Below, piece by piece: positions 1 to 8,824 of a DNA stretch of 64,000 nt. Location of the stretch: the NCBI GenBank assembly GCA_048498275.1, contig JBEHYH010000001.1, forward strand, positions 4,876 through 68,875, read 5' to 3'. A model generated the notes under the pieces. It saw nothing but the letters and a program-made list of their open reading frames with translations, searched no databases and was not told the DNA's origin. The stretch is from Myxococcota bacterium (GTDB taxonomy: Bacteria > Myxococcota > Myxococcia > Myxococcales > Myxococcaceae). Each line of letters begins with the position of its first letter. Positions within the stretch are counted from its first letter, which is position 1. The position numbers and the translations under genes were made by a program.

Positions 1-633
1 GCCGACGAGTTCGACAAGCGCAAGCTCGCGCCCGAGACCTCGCCCATCGGCTCCGACGCGGCGGCGTATTCGCGCTTCCAGCTCGCTGAATACGTGTTCG
101 CCGAATTTGATCGCCTGAAGATCGGCGGCACCGGAAAGGCGCTCGCGAATTCGTTCACCGCGAAGAAAGACTCCGTGAAGAAGGTGAACGCCGCGTACGA
201 CACCGTCGTCAAATACAAGCGCGCCGAATGGACGCTCGCGGCCTTCTACCGCAAGGGCTACACGCTCGAGCGCTTCGCCCAGACCATTCTCGACACGCCG
301 GTGCCGTCGGAGATCAAGCGCATGGGTGAAGAGGCGATCGTCACCTACCAGGACGCGCTCGCTGCGCAGACCGTCGCCCTGGAAGACAAGGCGGTCGAGA
401 CCTACACCGCGGCGTGGATCGAATCGAAGCGCCTGCGCGTCTCCAATGAGTGGACCAAGAAGACCCTCGAGTCGCTCAACCGATTCCGCCCGAAGGAATA
501 CCCGATGCTGAAGGAGCCCAAGTCGCTCATCAGCGATTCGCTCGCGCTGCCCGATGGCGCGGTCGGTACGGTCGAAGGCAACGAGAAGGCGCAGCGCGCG
601 GTGCAGAAGCTCACGTCGGAGGACGACAAGTGA
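1..633 (+). CDS. Envelope-associated helical protein, C-terminal part (5' end outside window)
   Basis: Frame 1 is open from base 1 to TGA 631-633 and GC3-rich. The stop overlaps the GTG start of the next gene (GTGA). First gene of a co-directional envelope operon. Confidence 0.6.
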   Translation, partial: ADEFDKRKLAPETSPIGSDAAAYSRFQLAEYVFAEFDRLKIGGTGKALANSFTAKKDSVKKVNAAYDTVVKYKRAEWTLAAFYRKGYTLERFAQTILDTPVPSEIKRMGEEAIVTYQDALAAQTVALEDKAVETYTAAWIESKRLRVSNEWTKKTLESLNRFRPKEYPMLKEPKSLISDSLALPDGAVGTVEGNEKAQRAVQKLTSEDDK

Positions 634-2417
634 GCCGCCTCCGCATCGCGCTCGTCGCCGCGCTCTTCGCCACCGCGTGCGTCACCACGCCCGAGGTGAA
701 GCCCGACACCGACTCGATCCCCGATGGTGGTGTGCCGGCGGAGACCGCCGACATTCCGTACGAGGCGAAACCGAAGACCGACGTCGAAGTGACGAAGGGC
801 GAGTCGACGCCTTCGCGGCCGGCGCCGGCGAAGGAAGAAGTCGCGCCCGAACCCGTGAAGTCGAACTTCAGCGCGTCGGCGCAATCGCGCTTCAAGGAAG
901 GCGTCGCCGCGCTCGCGCGCAATGAAACGTCGGCGGCGAAGTCGGCGTTTCAAGACGTCATCGCGAGCGACAGCAAGGCCGCCTACGCGTGGACGAACCT
1001 CGGCGTCATCGCCGAACGCGAGAACGATCTCTCCGGGGCGGAGAAGGCGTACCGCAAGGCGATCAACATCGACCCTACGCAAGACACCGCGTGGGACTTC
1101 CTCACGCGGCTCGTGTGCCGCCAGAAGCGCTGCCCGATCATCGAGCAGGAGCTGCGCATGGCCATCACGAAGGACGCGAGCAACATCGCTCCGCGCAACG
1201 CGCTCGTGTACGCGCTCATCGCGCAAGACAAGCGCGACGCCGCGGCGACCGAGGCGAAGAAGGTGCTCAAGGCCGACGAGCGCAACGTGCGCGCGATGCA
1301 ACTGCTGGCGAACGTGTACTTGAAGGAATCGAAGGTCGAGCTCGCGCGCCTGGTGCTCGAGAACGCGCGCACCATCGACTCCAACGACGCGGCGACGCAC
1401 AACGCGCTGGGCCTCGTGTTCCTGCAGCTCAAACAACGGCCGCAGGCGCTCGAAGCCTTCCGCCAGGCGACGCTGCTCAAGCCCGACTTCGCGGAAGCGC
1501 GGAACAACTTCGGAGCGATGCTGGTCGAGGGCAACGACTACGAATCAGCGGTGAGAGAGCTCGAGGCCGCCGTCGCCGCGCAGCCCGACTTCATTCTGGC
1601 GCACCTGAACCTCGGCAACGCGTACCGCGGACTCCAGCAGCCGCAGAAGGCGATCTACGAGTACGAGAAGGTGCAGAAGGCGCGCCCCGACCTCGCCGAC
1701 GTGAGCTTCAACCTCGGTGTCACGTACCTCGATCAAGAAGTCACCGGCATCGAGCCGACCGACCGCTTCAAGAAGGCCATCTCGTACTTCAACGAATACC
1801 GGGTCAAGGGCGGCAAGGACCCGAGCGTCGAGCAGTACGTGAAGGACGCCAACAAGGGCATCGAGAAGGAAGAGCGCCGCAAGGAGCGCGAGAAGAAGGA
1901 CCTGCTCAAGAAGGCCGCCGACGCGAAGAAGGCCGAAGAAGACGCGAAGCAGAAGGCCATCGACGACGAGAAGAATCGCGTCGCGAACGAAGCGAAGGCC
2001 AGGGCTGACGCGGAGGCCAAAGCGAAAGCCGACGCCGAGAATGCCGCCAGGCAGGCCGCGATGGACGAAGCCGCGAAGAAGAAGGCCGAAGCGGACGCCG
2101 CGAAGAGAGCGGCCGCCGAGGAAGCGCAGCGCAAGAAAGACGAAGCCGCGGCCGCGAAGAAGGCCGCCGCAGAAGACGCCGCCAACGCGAAGAAAGCCGC
2201 GGCCGAAGAGGCGAAGCGGCAGAAAGAAGAAGCCGCCGCCGCCAGGAAGGCCGCCGCCGAAGAAGCGAAACGGAAGAAGGAAGAAGAAGCCGCGGCGAAG
2301 AAGGCCGCTGCCGAAGCTGCCAGGAAAGGCGGGGCCTCGAAGTTGGGTGACGATGACGAGCCCACGCCTTCGCCCAGGAAGCCGGCCTCGGGTAAGGTCG
2401 CGGACGACGACAAATGA
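630..2417 (+). CDS. TPR-repeat lipoprotein with K/A/E-rich C-terminal tail
   Basis: GTG 630 gives VSRLRIALVAALFATAC (lipoprotein signal and lipobox). Several TPR-like units (AYAWTNLGVIAEREND.., ATHNALGLVFLQLKQ.., AHLNLGNAYRGLQQ..). Last ~190 aa are Lys/Ala/Glu low complexity. Confidence 0.8.
   Translation: MSRLRIALVAALFATACVTTPEVKPDTDSIPDGGVPAETADIPYEAKPKTDVEVTKGESTPSRPAPAKEEVAPEPVKSNFSASAQSRFKEGVAALARNETSAAKSAFQDVIASDSKAAYAWTNLGVIAERENDLSGAEKAYRKAINIDPTQDTAWDFLTRLVCRQKRCPIIEQELRMAITKDASNIAPRNALVYALIAQDKRDAAATEAKKVLKADERNVRAMQLLANVYLKESKVELARLVLENARTIDSNDAATHNALGLVFLQLKQRPQALEAFRQATLLKPDFAEARNNFGAMLVEGNDYESAVRELEAAVAAQPDFILAHLNLGNAYRGLQQPQKAIYEYEKVQKARPDLADVSFNLGVTYLDQEVTGIEPTDRFKKAISYFNEYRVKGGKDPSVEQYVKDANKGIEKEERRKEREKKDLLKKAADAKKAEEDAKQKAIDDEKNRVANEAKARADAEAKAKADAENAARQAAMDEAAKKKAEADAAKRAAAEEAQRKKDEAAAAKKAAAEDAANAKKAAAEEAKRQKEEAAAARKAAAEEAKRKKEEEAAAKKAAAEAARKGGASKLGDDDEPTPSPRKPASGKVADDDK
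1850..2340 (+). repeat. Low-complexity K/A/E coding repeat
   Basis: Reiterated AAKKAAAEEAKRKKEEAAAA units; DNA-level GCCGCCGAAGAAGCGAA(A/G)CGG(A/C)AGAA... repeats. Confidence 0.8.
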
Positions 2418-2674
2418 TGCGCGCCCTGCTCTTCCTCTCGTTGATTTCGACGGCCGCCTTCGCGCAAGACGCGAGCAGCGGCACCACCACGTCGACGAGC
2501 ACCGCGAAAAAGAAGAAGGTCATCCGCCTCGACGCCATCACCGTCGAAGGCCGAATCCAGAAGCCGCAGGCTTTCTACATTCTCCAGCGCAGCACCCTGA
2601 ACTTCGACGAACTCAACCGTGAGGAATCGTTCGTTCCCAAGGTCGAGAAGACGACGGAGAAGGATGCGTTTTAG
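2414..2674 (+). CDS. Small secreted protein (86 aa)
   Basis: ATGA overlap with the upstream stop. N-terminal MMRALLFLSLISTAAFAQ signal peptide. Position matches the small F-type component of Glt/Nfs-like operons (inference). Confidence 0.65.
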   Translation: MMRALLFLSLISTAAFAQDASSGTTTSTSTAKKKKVIRLDAITVEGRIQKPQAFYILQRSTLNFDELNREESFVPKVEKTTEKDAF

Positions 2675-2729
2675 CCGTCAGTCGCGCTAAGGAACCGGCC
2701 CTCGATTGCCGGTGTCTTCAAGGAACGTC

Positions 2730-4043
2730 ATGGCTCAAGGGCAGGCTTCAGCGCAGAAGATTCTCCGGGTCGCGCTGATTCAAGGCAGCAAGATCACCGA
2801 AGACCGCACGATGAAGCGGGCCGGCAACGTGTCGATCGGCCAGAGCCCGACCAACACCATCGTCGTGCCGGTGAGCAACCTCCCGGCCAGCACCACGCTC
2901 TTCGAGAACACCGCGGGCCAGTATTCGCTCGTCTTCACGCGCACCATGGAGGGCAAGGTCACCTCCAACGGCCAGCAGCTCACGCTGCTCGATTCGATCG
3001 AGCGCGGGCTGGCGAAGGCGCGGGGCGATCAGTTCGTTCTGCCACTCAACGAGTCGTCGCAGGGCCGCGTGGTGTTCGGCGAAGTCTCGGTGCTCTTCCA
3101 GTTCGTGCCCGCGCCGGCCGCAGCGCCGAAGCCTGAACTCCCCCCTGAGATTCGCGGCAGCCTGCTGCGGCAGATCGACCAGTTCTTCTTCATGATCCTG
3201 GCGGCGTCGCTCTTCATTCACTTCTCGGGTGCGACGTTCATCGCCTGCCAACCGGTGCCTGAAGAGCGTGAACTCTCGCTCGACGAGCTGCCCGACCGCT
3301 TCGTCAAGACCATGATGCCGGAGGCCAAGCCGCCTCCGCCGAAGGAAGAGCCGAGCGACAAGGGCGACAAGCCCGAAGAGAAGCCGACGGAGCAGGCGCA
3401 GAAGAAAGGCGAGAAACCTCCGACCGGCGACAAGGCCGCGATGCAGAAGGCGGTCGCGAAGGCCGGCCTCGTGAAGCTGCTCGGCGCGGGTTCGGGTGGC
3501 GCGATCGAAGACGTGCTCGGCAGCTCGAACGGCGTCGGCGATGTCGCGTCGGCGCTCTCGGGTGCGAGCGGCGTCGGCGTGGCGACGGCTGATGCGCTCG
3601 CGGCGGGCGGCCCTCGCGGCGGCACGGCGGGTTCCGCGGCGGGCATCGGCGACCTCGGCACCAGCGGCGGCGGCAACGTGGGCCTCGCTGAAAAAGGGAC
3701 GGCGACGGTCAAGGCCTCGATGCAGATGCAGGCGCCCGACGTCGAATCGACCGACGTCGATCGCGAGAAGCTCGCGGCGTACGTGCGCGCGCGCAAAGGC
3801 GCGATTCAGCAATGCTACGAGAAGGAGCTCAAGCGCAACCCGAGCCTCAAGGGCAAGGTGGTCGTGCGCTTCTCCATCACCACCTCGGGCCGCACCGGTG
3901 ACATCGACATCGAAGAGAACACCACCGGCAACGAAGCGGTCGCCTCGTGCATCAAGACCACGATTCGCGGCTGGGTCTTCCCCTTCAAGCCTGAGTCTGA
4001 CGTGCCGGTGGCGTACCCGTTCGTGTTCGCGCCCGCTTCGTGA
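2730..4043 (+). CDS. Membrane-anchored TonB-C-like protein (AgmX/PglI-type C-terminal domain)
   Basis: ATG 2730 preceded by AAGGAA. One TM helix (FFFMILAASLFIHFSGATFIA), then a Pro/Lys/Glu linker. C-terminus ...QQCYEKELKRNPSLKGKVVVRFSI..SG..I..N...ASCI...I..W.FP resembles TonB-C/AgmX-PglI domains. Confidence 0.75.
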   Translation: MAQGQASAQKILRVALIQGSKITEDRTMKRAGNVSIGQSPTNTIVVPVSNLPASTTLFENTAGQYSLVFTRTMEGKVTSNGQQLTLLDSIERGLAKARGDQFVLPLNESSQGRVVFGEVSVLFQFVPAPAAAPKPELPPEIRGSLLRQIDQFFFMILAASLFIHFSGATFIACQPVPEERELSLDELPDRFVKTMMPEAKPPPPKEEPSDKGDKPEEKPTEQAQKKGEKPPTGDKAAMQKAVAKAGLVKLLGAGSGGAIEDVLGSSNGVGDVASALSGASGVGVATADALAAGGPRGGTAGSAAGIGDLGTSGGGNVGLAEKGTATVKASMQMQAPDVESTDVDREKLAAYVRARKGAIQQCYEKELKRNPSLKGKVVVRFSITTSGRTGDIDIEENTTGNEAVASCIKTTIRGWVFPFKPESDVPVAYPFVFAPAS

Positions 4044-4204
4044 CGGGAGAATGCGCGGCGGTTGGCGCTCCCGACGCCTGAAATCACCGACTTCGTGAAT
4101 TTCAGGAGCTGGTCCGGGCACATATCTGGCGTGGCGCCTTGCGTTGACTTACATGGTAACCGCTGGGTAGTTTCCCTTCTCTTCCCGCGAGGTTGGGACT
4201 TTCG

Positions 4205-4744
4205 ATGATCAGCCGTGCCCTCATTCTTGTCGTCGTCTCAGCGGTCGCGCTGGCGCAGGCGCCGGCAGGTGACGCTCCGCCTCCGACCGAGGCCTCGAAG
4301 GTGCCCGACGCGCAGAAGGTCAAAGACAGCGCCGCGGCGGTCTCGCGCATGGGCGGAGCGCTCAAGGACGTGCTCGCCAAGCTCGAAGAAGCGCGCGCCA
4401 CCAAGGACGTCGTGAAGCTCAACTGCGTCAACGAGAAGCTCACGCAGATCAAGGGTCTGTTGCGCATCTCGCAGGCGTCAGACACCGCGCTGCAGGAAGC
4501 CGTCGCGCGCAAAGAGACGTCGTCTGCCGAGCACGAATACATGAAGGTCAGCATCGCGCGCTCGAAGGTCGAACAACTGCGCGCCGAGGCCGAGCAGTGC
4601 ATCGGCCAGCTCGCGTTCCGCACCGATGAGAACCTCTCGGTCGACGTCACCGTTCCCGATGATCTCCCGGCCGGCGATCCCACCACGATTCCACCGCCTC
4701 CGTGGATCGACTCGCGGCCGCCCGCGGCAAGCCCCACCAACTGA
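4205..4744 (+). CDS. Secreted coiled-coil protein with Pro-rich C-terminus, unknown function
   Basis: ATG 4205 gives MISRALILVVVSAVALAQA (signal peptide). GC3-rich frame; sits between the TonB-like and beta-barrel genes. Confidence 0.6.
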   Translation: MISRALILVVVSAVALAQAPAGDAPPPTEASKVPDAQKVKDSAAAVSRMGGALKDVLAKLEEARATKDVVKLNCVNEKLTQIKGLLRISQASDTALQEAVARKETSSAEHEYMKVSIARSKVEQLRAEAEQCIGQLAFRTDENLSVDVTVPDDLPAGDPTTIPPPPWIDSRPPAASPTN

Positions 4745-4750
4745 TCTGTC

Positions 4751-6028
4751 ATGAAACGGGAGTGGGCTTTCAGCGTGCGATGGTTCGCGGTGCTCTGTGC
4801 GGCAGTGGCCGCGCCCGCGTTCGCGCAGGCCATCGCGCCCTCGCCCGGCTTCAAGATCGGTGACGGCGCCATTCACCCCTTCGCGCAGATCGACGCGCGG
4901 TACGACTCGTTCGTCGGCTACTTCAACCAGATCACGCCGGGCGTGCTCTCGCCCACCGGCGACCTGATTCTGCACTTCCGCCCGGGCGTGCGTTTCAACC
5001 TCGACAACGACAACACCTTCATCGGCTTCAACGGCAGCGGCGAGTACCTGCTGTACACCGGCGTGATGAACCCGGGCTCGCGCGCGCTCTCGCGCTTTCA
5101 GGCCTCGGTGGCGCTCGACACGGCGTTCAACAAGCAGGGCGCGGTGGAGTTCAAGCTGGGTGATTCGTTGCTCCGCAGCGATCGCACGCAGAACCCGGCG
5201 CTCGGTATCGGCGCCATCTCGCTCTACAACAACGTCTACTTCCAGATGCCGATTCACCCCGGCGGCAAGGCCCTGGAGATCACGCCGAAGGTCGCGTGGG
5301 GCGTGGAGTTCTTCCAGAAGCTGGTGACGGGCCTGGCGCCCTTCTGCCCTGACACCGAGCCGCAGTGCGACCCGGCGCGCTCGAACTACAGCAACCTCAA
5401 TTTCGGCGCGGCGGCGAAGTGGAAGTTCTTCCCCAAGACGGCGCTGATGCTCGACGTGAACGCCGACTGGCGCGCGTATTTCTCCGACCCGACCAACAAC
5501 AAGATCATCTTCCACGCGCTGGCGGGGCTCGCGGGTCTGCTCTCGCCGAAGATCTCCGTCACGCTGCTCGGTGGTTACGGCGGCGACTTCACCAACGGCT
5601 CGATTCACACCTTCATCGGCAACGCGGAGTTCGCGTACACCTTCTCGCCGACCGCGCGCGTCGCGGTGGGTTACGCGCGCAACGTCTCGCCGGTACCGGT
5701 GGTGGGCACCATCATCGATGACCGCGGCTATCTCCGCGGCGGCGTGGGCTTCTTGAGCAACCGCCTCACCATCAACGGGCAGTTCTCGGTCGACTACCTC
5801 ACGTTCCTGTCCGCTCCGGCGACGGGCACCACGACGCCGAACCCCTCGCGTCACGACGTGTTGCTCTCGTTCAACCTCACGCCCACCTTCACGGTCGTCT
5901 CGTGGTTCGACGTCGGCCTGAGCTACACGCTGTCGTACCGCACGTCGTCGAACACGACCGGCGCGGCGACGGTGGGCCTCAACTACCTGCGCCACGAGGC
6001 GATGCTGCGCCTCGACTTCCACTACTGA
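4751..6028 (+). CDS. Outer-membrane beta-barrel protein
   Basis: Signal peptide ...AAVAAPAFAQA. Alternating hydrophobic beta-strand pattern with many Y/G/N/T. Ends in an aromatic terminal strand ...AMLRLDFHY. Confidence 0.7.
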   Translation: MKREWAFSVRWFAVLCAAVAAPAFAQAIAPSPGFKIGDGAIHPFAQIDARYDSFVGYFNQITPGVLSPTGDLILHFRPGVRFNLDNDNTFIGFNGSGEYLLYTGVMNPGSRALSRFQASVALDTAFNKQGAVEFKLGDSLLRSDRTQNPALGIGAISLYNNVYFQMPIHPGGKALEITPKVAWGVEFFQKLVTGLAPFCPDTEPQCDPARSNYSNLNFGAAAKWKFFPKTALMLDVNADWRAYFSDPTNNKIIFHALAGLAGLLSPKISVTLLGGYGGDFTNGSIHTFIGNAEFAYTFSPTARVAVGYARNVSPVPVVGTIIDDRGYLRGGVGFLSNRLTINGQFSVDYLTFLSAPATGTTTPNPSRHDVLLSFNLTPTFTVVSWFDVGLSYTLSYRTSSNTTGAATVGLNYLRHEAMLRLDFHY

Positions 6029-6615
6029 TGCGCGCGTACGCGTTGCTCGCGTTGTCGTTGGCGGCCTGCGTTCACCCGCGCGGCCTCACCGAGGGAGACG
6101 GCGGCCAGACCGAGAAGCCGGTGGCGTCGAACTCGCTCGCCGCGAACGATCTGCTCGAGGTCCGCGTGACGGGCGAGGCCGACCTGTCGGGGGTGTACCG
6201 GGTCGACCCCGATGGGCTCCTCGACTTCCCGCTGTGCGGCAAGGTGCAGGTGGGCGGCAAGACCGCCAGTGGCGCCGCGCACGCCATCACCGAGTGTCTC
6301 AAGCAGGGCTTCGTTCGCCGGCCGCAGGTGACGGCGCTGGTGAAGGAATTCAATTCGAAGAAGGTGTTCGTCTTCGGAGAGGTCACCAAGCCCGGCTCGT
6401 TCCCCTACGAAGAGGGCATGACCATCGTGCATGTCATCTCGCAGGCGGGTGGGCTCACGCGCACGGCGTCGAAGAACAACGTCAACGTGACCCGCGTGGT
6501 CGACGGGAAGGAAGAGAAGATTCCCGTGAAGGTCGAAGACATCGTCATCGGCCGCGAGAAGAACTTCGTGCTCAAGCCCGGCGACATCATCTTCGTGCCA
6601 GAGAGCTTTCTCTGA
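6028..6615 (+). CDS. Polysaccharide-export lipoprotein, Wza-like (Poly_export + SLBB-like)
   Basis: ATGA overlap with the upstream stop. MRAYALLALSLAAC lipobox. Motifs LLEVRV.GE.DLSG.Y.V.PDG...PL.GKV.V.G.T and FV.GEV..PG.....EGMT...I.QAGG match Wza-family periplasmic domains. Confidence 0.75.
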   Translation: MRAYALLALSLAACVHPRGLTEGDGGQTEKPVASNSLAANDLLEVRVTGEADLSGVYRVDPDGLLDFPLCGKVQVGGKTASGAAHAITECLKQGFVRRPQVTALVKEFNSKKVFVFGEVTKPGSFPYEEGMTIVHVISQAGGLTRTASKNNVNVTRVVDGKEEKIPVKVEDIVIGREKNFVLKPGDIIFVPESFL

Positions 6616-6851
6616 ACGCCGCGCGCCCTCCGCGGGCGACGATTCAGGTGCACGTCGACACGACCGCTGAAGAACTCGCGGCGGTCTACAACTTCACGAA
6701 GCGCGGCGGAGGCGAGTCATATTTTCGCGGGTGACGGGCGGCGCGTGCCACCGCGGTTCAATTCGCTCGCGTCGTTCCGCCCGCACGGCGTGAGCCGAAG
6801 CACCGCGAAGAAGACGCGCTCCACCATCACCGCGTTCTTTCAAGGCTGGAG

Positions 6852-7361
6852 TCACTCCGCGAGGAGCTTCTCGATCTGCTCGAGCCACTCGCCGAGCACG
6901 CCTTCTTCGAAGCCCTCGTGCACGAAGCGAACGGCGCCCTTCTTGTCGAGGAGCACCGTCGTCGGCATCGCCTTCACGCGAAGCACGGCTTCACTGCGCG
7001 TCGCGTTCGGGTCGAGCAACACCGGGAGGTCGACCTTGTACTTCGCGAGGAACGGCCCGATGGGCTCGGTCGTGGCGTCGGTGTTGATCGCGTAGACCTT
7101 GAGACCCTTCGCTTCGTACTGCTTCGCGATGTCGTTGATCAGCGGGAGCGAGTCGCGGCACGGGTCACACCACTCGGCCCAGACATCGAGCATCACCACG
7201 TGACCGCGATCTTGAGCGCTGTTCCACGCGTCACCGCCGCCGTAGCGCGGCAACTGCAGACGCAGCGCTTCGGTCGAAAACCCGGAGCGATTCGACGCCG
7301 AAACGAGCTCGGGCTTCGCCGGCGCGCAGCCCGCGAGCAGCACCAGCAGCGCCCACTTCAC
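6852..7361 (-). CDS. TlpA/redoxin-family thiol:disulfide oxidoreductase lipoprotein
   Basis: MKWALLVLLAGC lipobox. Thioredoxin-fold active site WAEWCDPC. Confidence 0.85.
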   Translation of the reverse strand: MKWALLVLLAGCAPAKPELVSASNRSGFSTEALRLQLPRYGGGDAWNSAQDRGHVVMLDVWAEWCDPCRDSLPLINDIAKQYEAKGLKVYAINTDATTEPIGPFLAKYKVDLPVLLDPNATRSEAVLRVKAMPTTVLLDKKGAVRFVHEGFEEGVLGEWLEQIEKLLAE

Positions 7362-8806
7362 GACGCGCCTCCGAGCCGCTTCAGGAGCGAATCGATGAAC
7401 CCTCCGAAGCTGCCGTTCGACATCACCAGAATCACGTCACCCGGCTTCGCGCCGCCGGCGACTTCATCGAGCATCGCCGCGACGCTCGTATCGGCACGCG
7501 AGGGGACGCCGCGCGCGGTGAGCTCCTGCGCGAGGCGCGGTACGTCGAGCTCTTCACCCGCGGGGATCTTGTCGTGCCGTTCGGGGACCTTGATCGACGC
7601 GCGCGCGGCGCCCTCGAACGACACCGCGTATTCGTGCTGATGAATGTTGCGGCGTGAGGTGTTGGAGCGAGGCTCGAACACCGCCCATACCCGGCGGCCG
7701 GCATAGCGGGCGGCGACGGCGGCGATGGTTTCCTTCACCGCGGTCGGGTGGTGCGCGAAGTCGTCGATGACGAGAATGCCATTGGGTTCGCCGCGCACTT
7801 CCTGCCGGCGCTTCACACCCTCGAAGCTCGCGAAGCCGCTCTTCAACTCATCGAACGTGAGGCCCACGGCCAGGCCCGCCGCGAACACCCCCAGCGCGTT
7901 CTCGACGTTGTGCGTGCCCGCCATCGGCAGCAGCACTTCACCGAGCGACCGGCCGTCATGAATGACGTCGAAGCGCGCGCCTTCACCGCCGAGCTTCAGG
8001 TTCCGCGCGTGGAGGTCGCCTTCTTTCGCGCCGTACGTGATGACGCGCGCCTTGCCCTGCTTCGCGATGCGCACCGCGTTCGGCCACGCCGCGCTCACCG
8101 CGATGGTTCCGTCAGCGGGCACGAGCTGCACCAGCTTCTCGAACGCCGCCTCGTAGTGCGGGAGGTCGCGATAGATGTCGGCGTGATCGAACTCCACGCT
8201 GGTGAGGATCAGCGTCTTCGGCTGGTAGTGGAGAAACTTCGGGCCCTTGTCGAAATACGCCGTGTCGTACTCGTCACCTTCGACGACGAAGTGCGGGCCT
8301 TTCCCGAGCCGGTAGTTGCCCGAGTAGTTCTTCGTCACGCCGCCCACGAGGAAGGTCGGATCTTTCCCGGCGGCGGCGAGCACGTGGCCCATCATCGACG
8401 AGGTCGTGGTCTTGCCGTGCGTGCCCGCGACGACGATCGAGTGACGCTGCTTCAGAAATAGCGAACCCAACGCCGCGGGGAAGCTCATCTGCGGAATCTT
8501 GCGCGCGCGAACTTCAGTCGCTTCGGCATTCACGCGGCGGATGACGTTGCCGATGATGACGAGGTCAGGCTTCGCCGCATCGAGGTTCGACGGCGCGTAC
8601 GGCGTCAACGTCTTGATGCCCCACTTCGCGAGCATGTCGCTCATCGGCGGGTACACGTTTTCGTCGCTGCCAGACACCTCGTAGCCTGCGGCCTTCAACA
8701 TGCCGGCGAAGCTGCCCATGCCGGTGCCGCCGACTCCGACGAGGTGAATGTGTTTGGGAAAGGCAGGATCGACGGTGTCGAGAATGAGGCCGTTGTCGTC
8801 AGACAT
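7358..8806 (-). CDS. mpl: UDP-N-acetylmuramate:L-alanyl-gamma-D-glutamyl-meso-diaminopimelate ligase (murein peptide ligase)
   Basis: Mur-ligase layout: HLVGVGGTGMGSFAGMLKAAGYEVSGSD N-terminus, P-loop AGTHGKTTT, length 482 aa. Adjacent to ldcA. Confidence 0.85.
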   Translation of the reverse strand: MSDDNGLILDTVDPAFPKHIHLVGVGGTGMGSFAGMLKAAGYEVSGSDENVYPPMSDMLAKWGIKTLTPYAPSNLDAAKPDLVIIGNVIRRVNAEATEVRARKIPQMSFPAALGSLFLKQRHSIVVAGTHGKTTTSSMMGHVLAAAGKDPTFLVGGVTKNYSGNYRLGKGPHFVVEGDEYDTAYFDKGPKFLHYQPKTLILTSVEFDHADIYRDLPHYEAAFEKLVQLVPADGTIAVSAAWPNAVRIAKQGKARVITYGAKEGDLHARNLKLGGEGARFDVIHDGRSLGEVLLPMAGTHNVENALGVFAAGLAVGLTFDELKSGFASFEGVKRRQEVRGEPNGILVIDDFAHHPTAVKETIAAVAARYAGRRVWAVFEPRSNTSRRNIHQHEYAVSFEGAARASIKVPERHDKIPAGEELDVPRLAQELTARGVPSRADTSVAAMLDEVAGGAKPGDVILVMSNGSFGGFIDSLLKRLGGAS

Positions 8807-8824
8807 GCGCGCGGCACCCTCTCA

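Noticed and set aside
402-1436. 344-aa minus-strand ORF (and other nested ORFs at 326-1534)
   Set aside because: Arg/Ala/Val-rich shadow ORF antisense to the TPR lipoprotein gene. This is typical of high-G+C DNA, and there is no motif.
1850-2340. Possible CRISPR-like or tandem non-coding repeats (also 47690-48010)
   Set aside because: The repeats are in frame within GC3-rich coding sequence (K/A/E tail; Gly-rich linker). They are imperfect, lack unique spacers, and no cas genes are present.
2748-4121. 457-aa minus-strand ORF
   Set aside because: Antisense shadow of the TonB-C-like gene. Arg-rich, non-protein-like composition.
4478-6022. 514-aa minus-strand ORF
   Set aside because: Antisense to the beta-barrel gene, which has a signal peptide and terminal aromatic strand. 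Composition is Arg/Glu/Val-biased.
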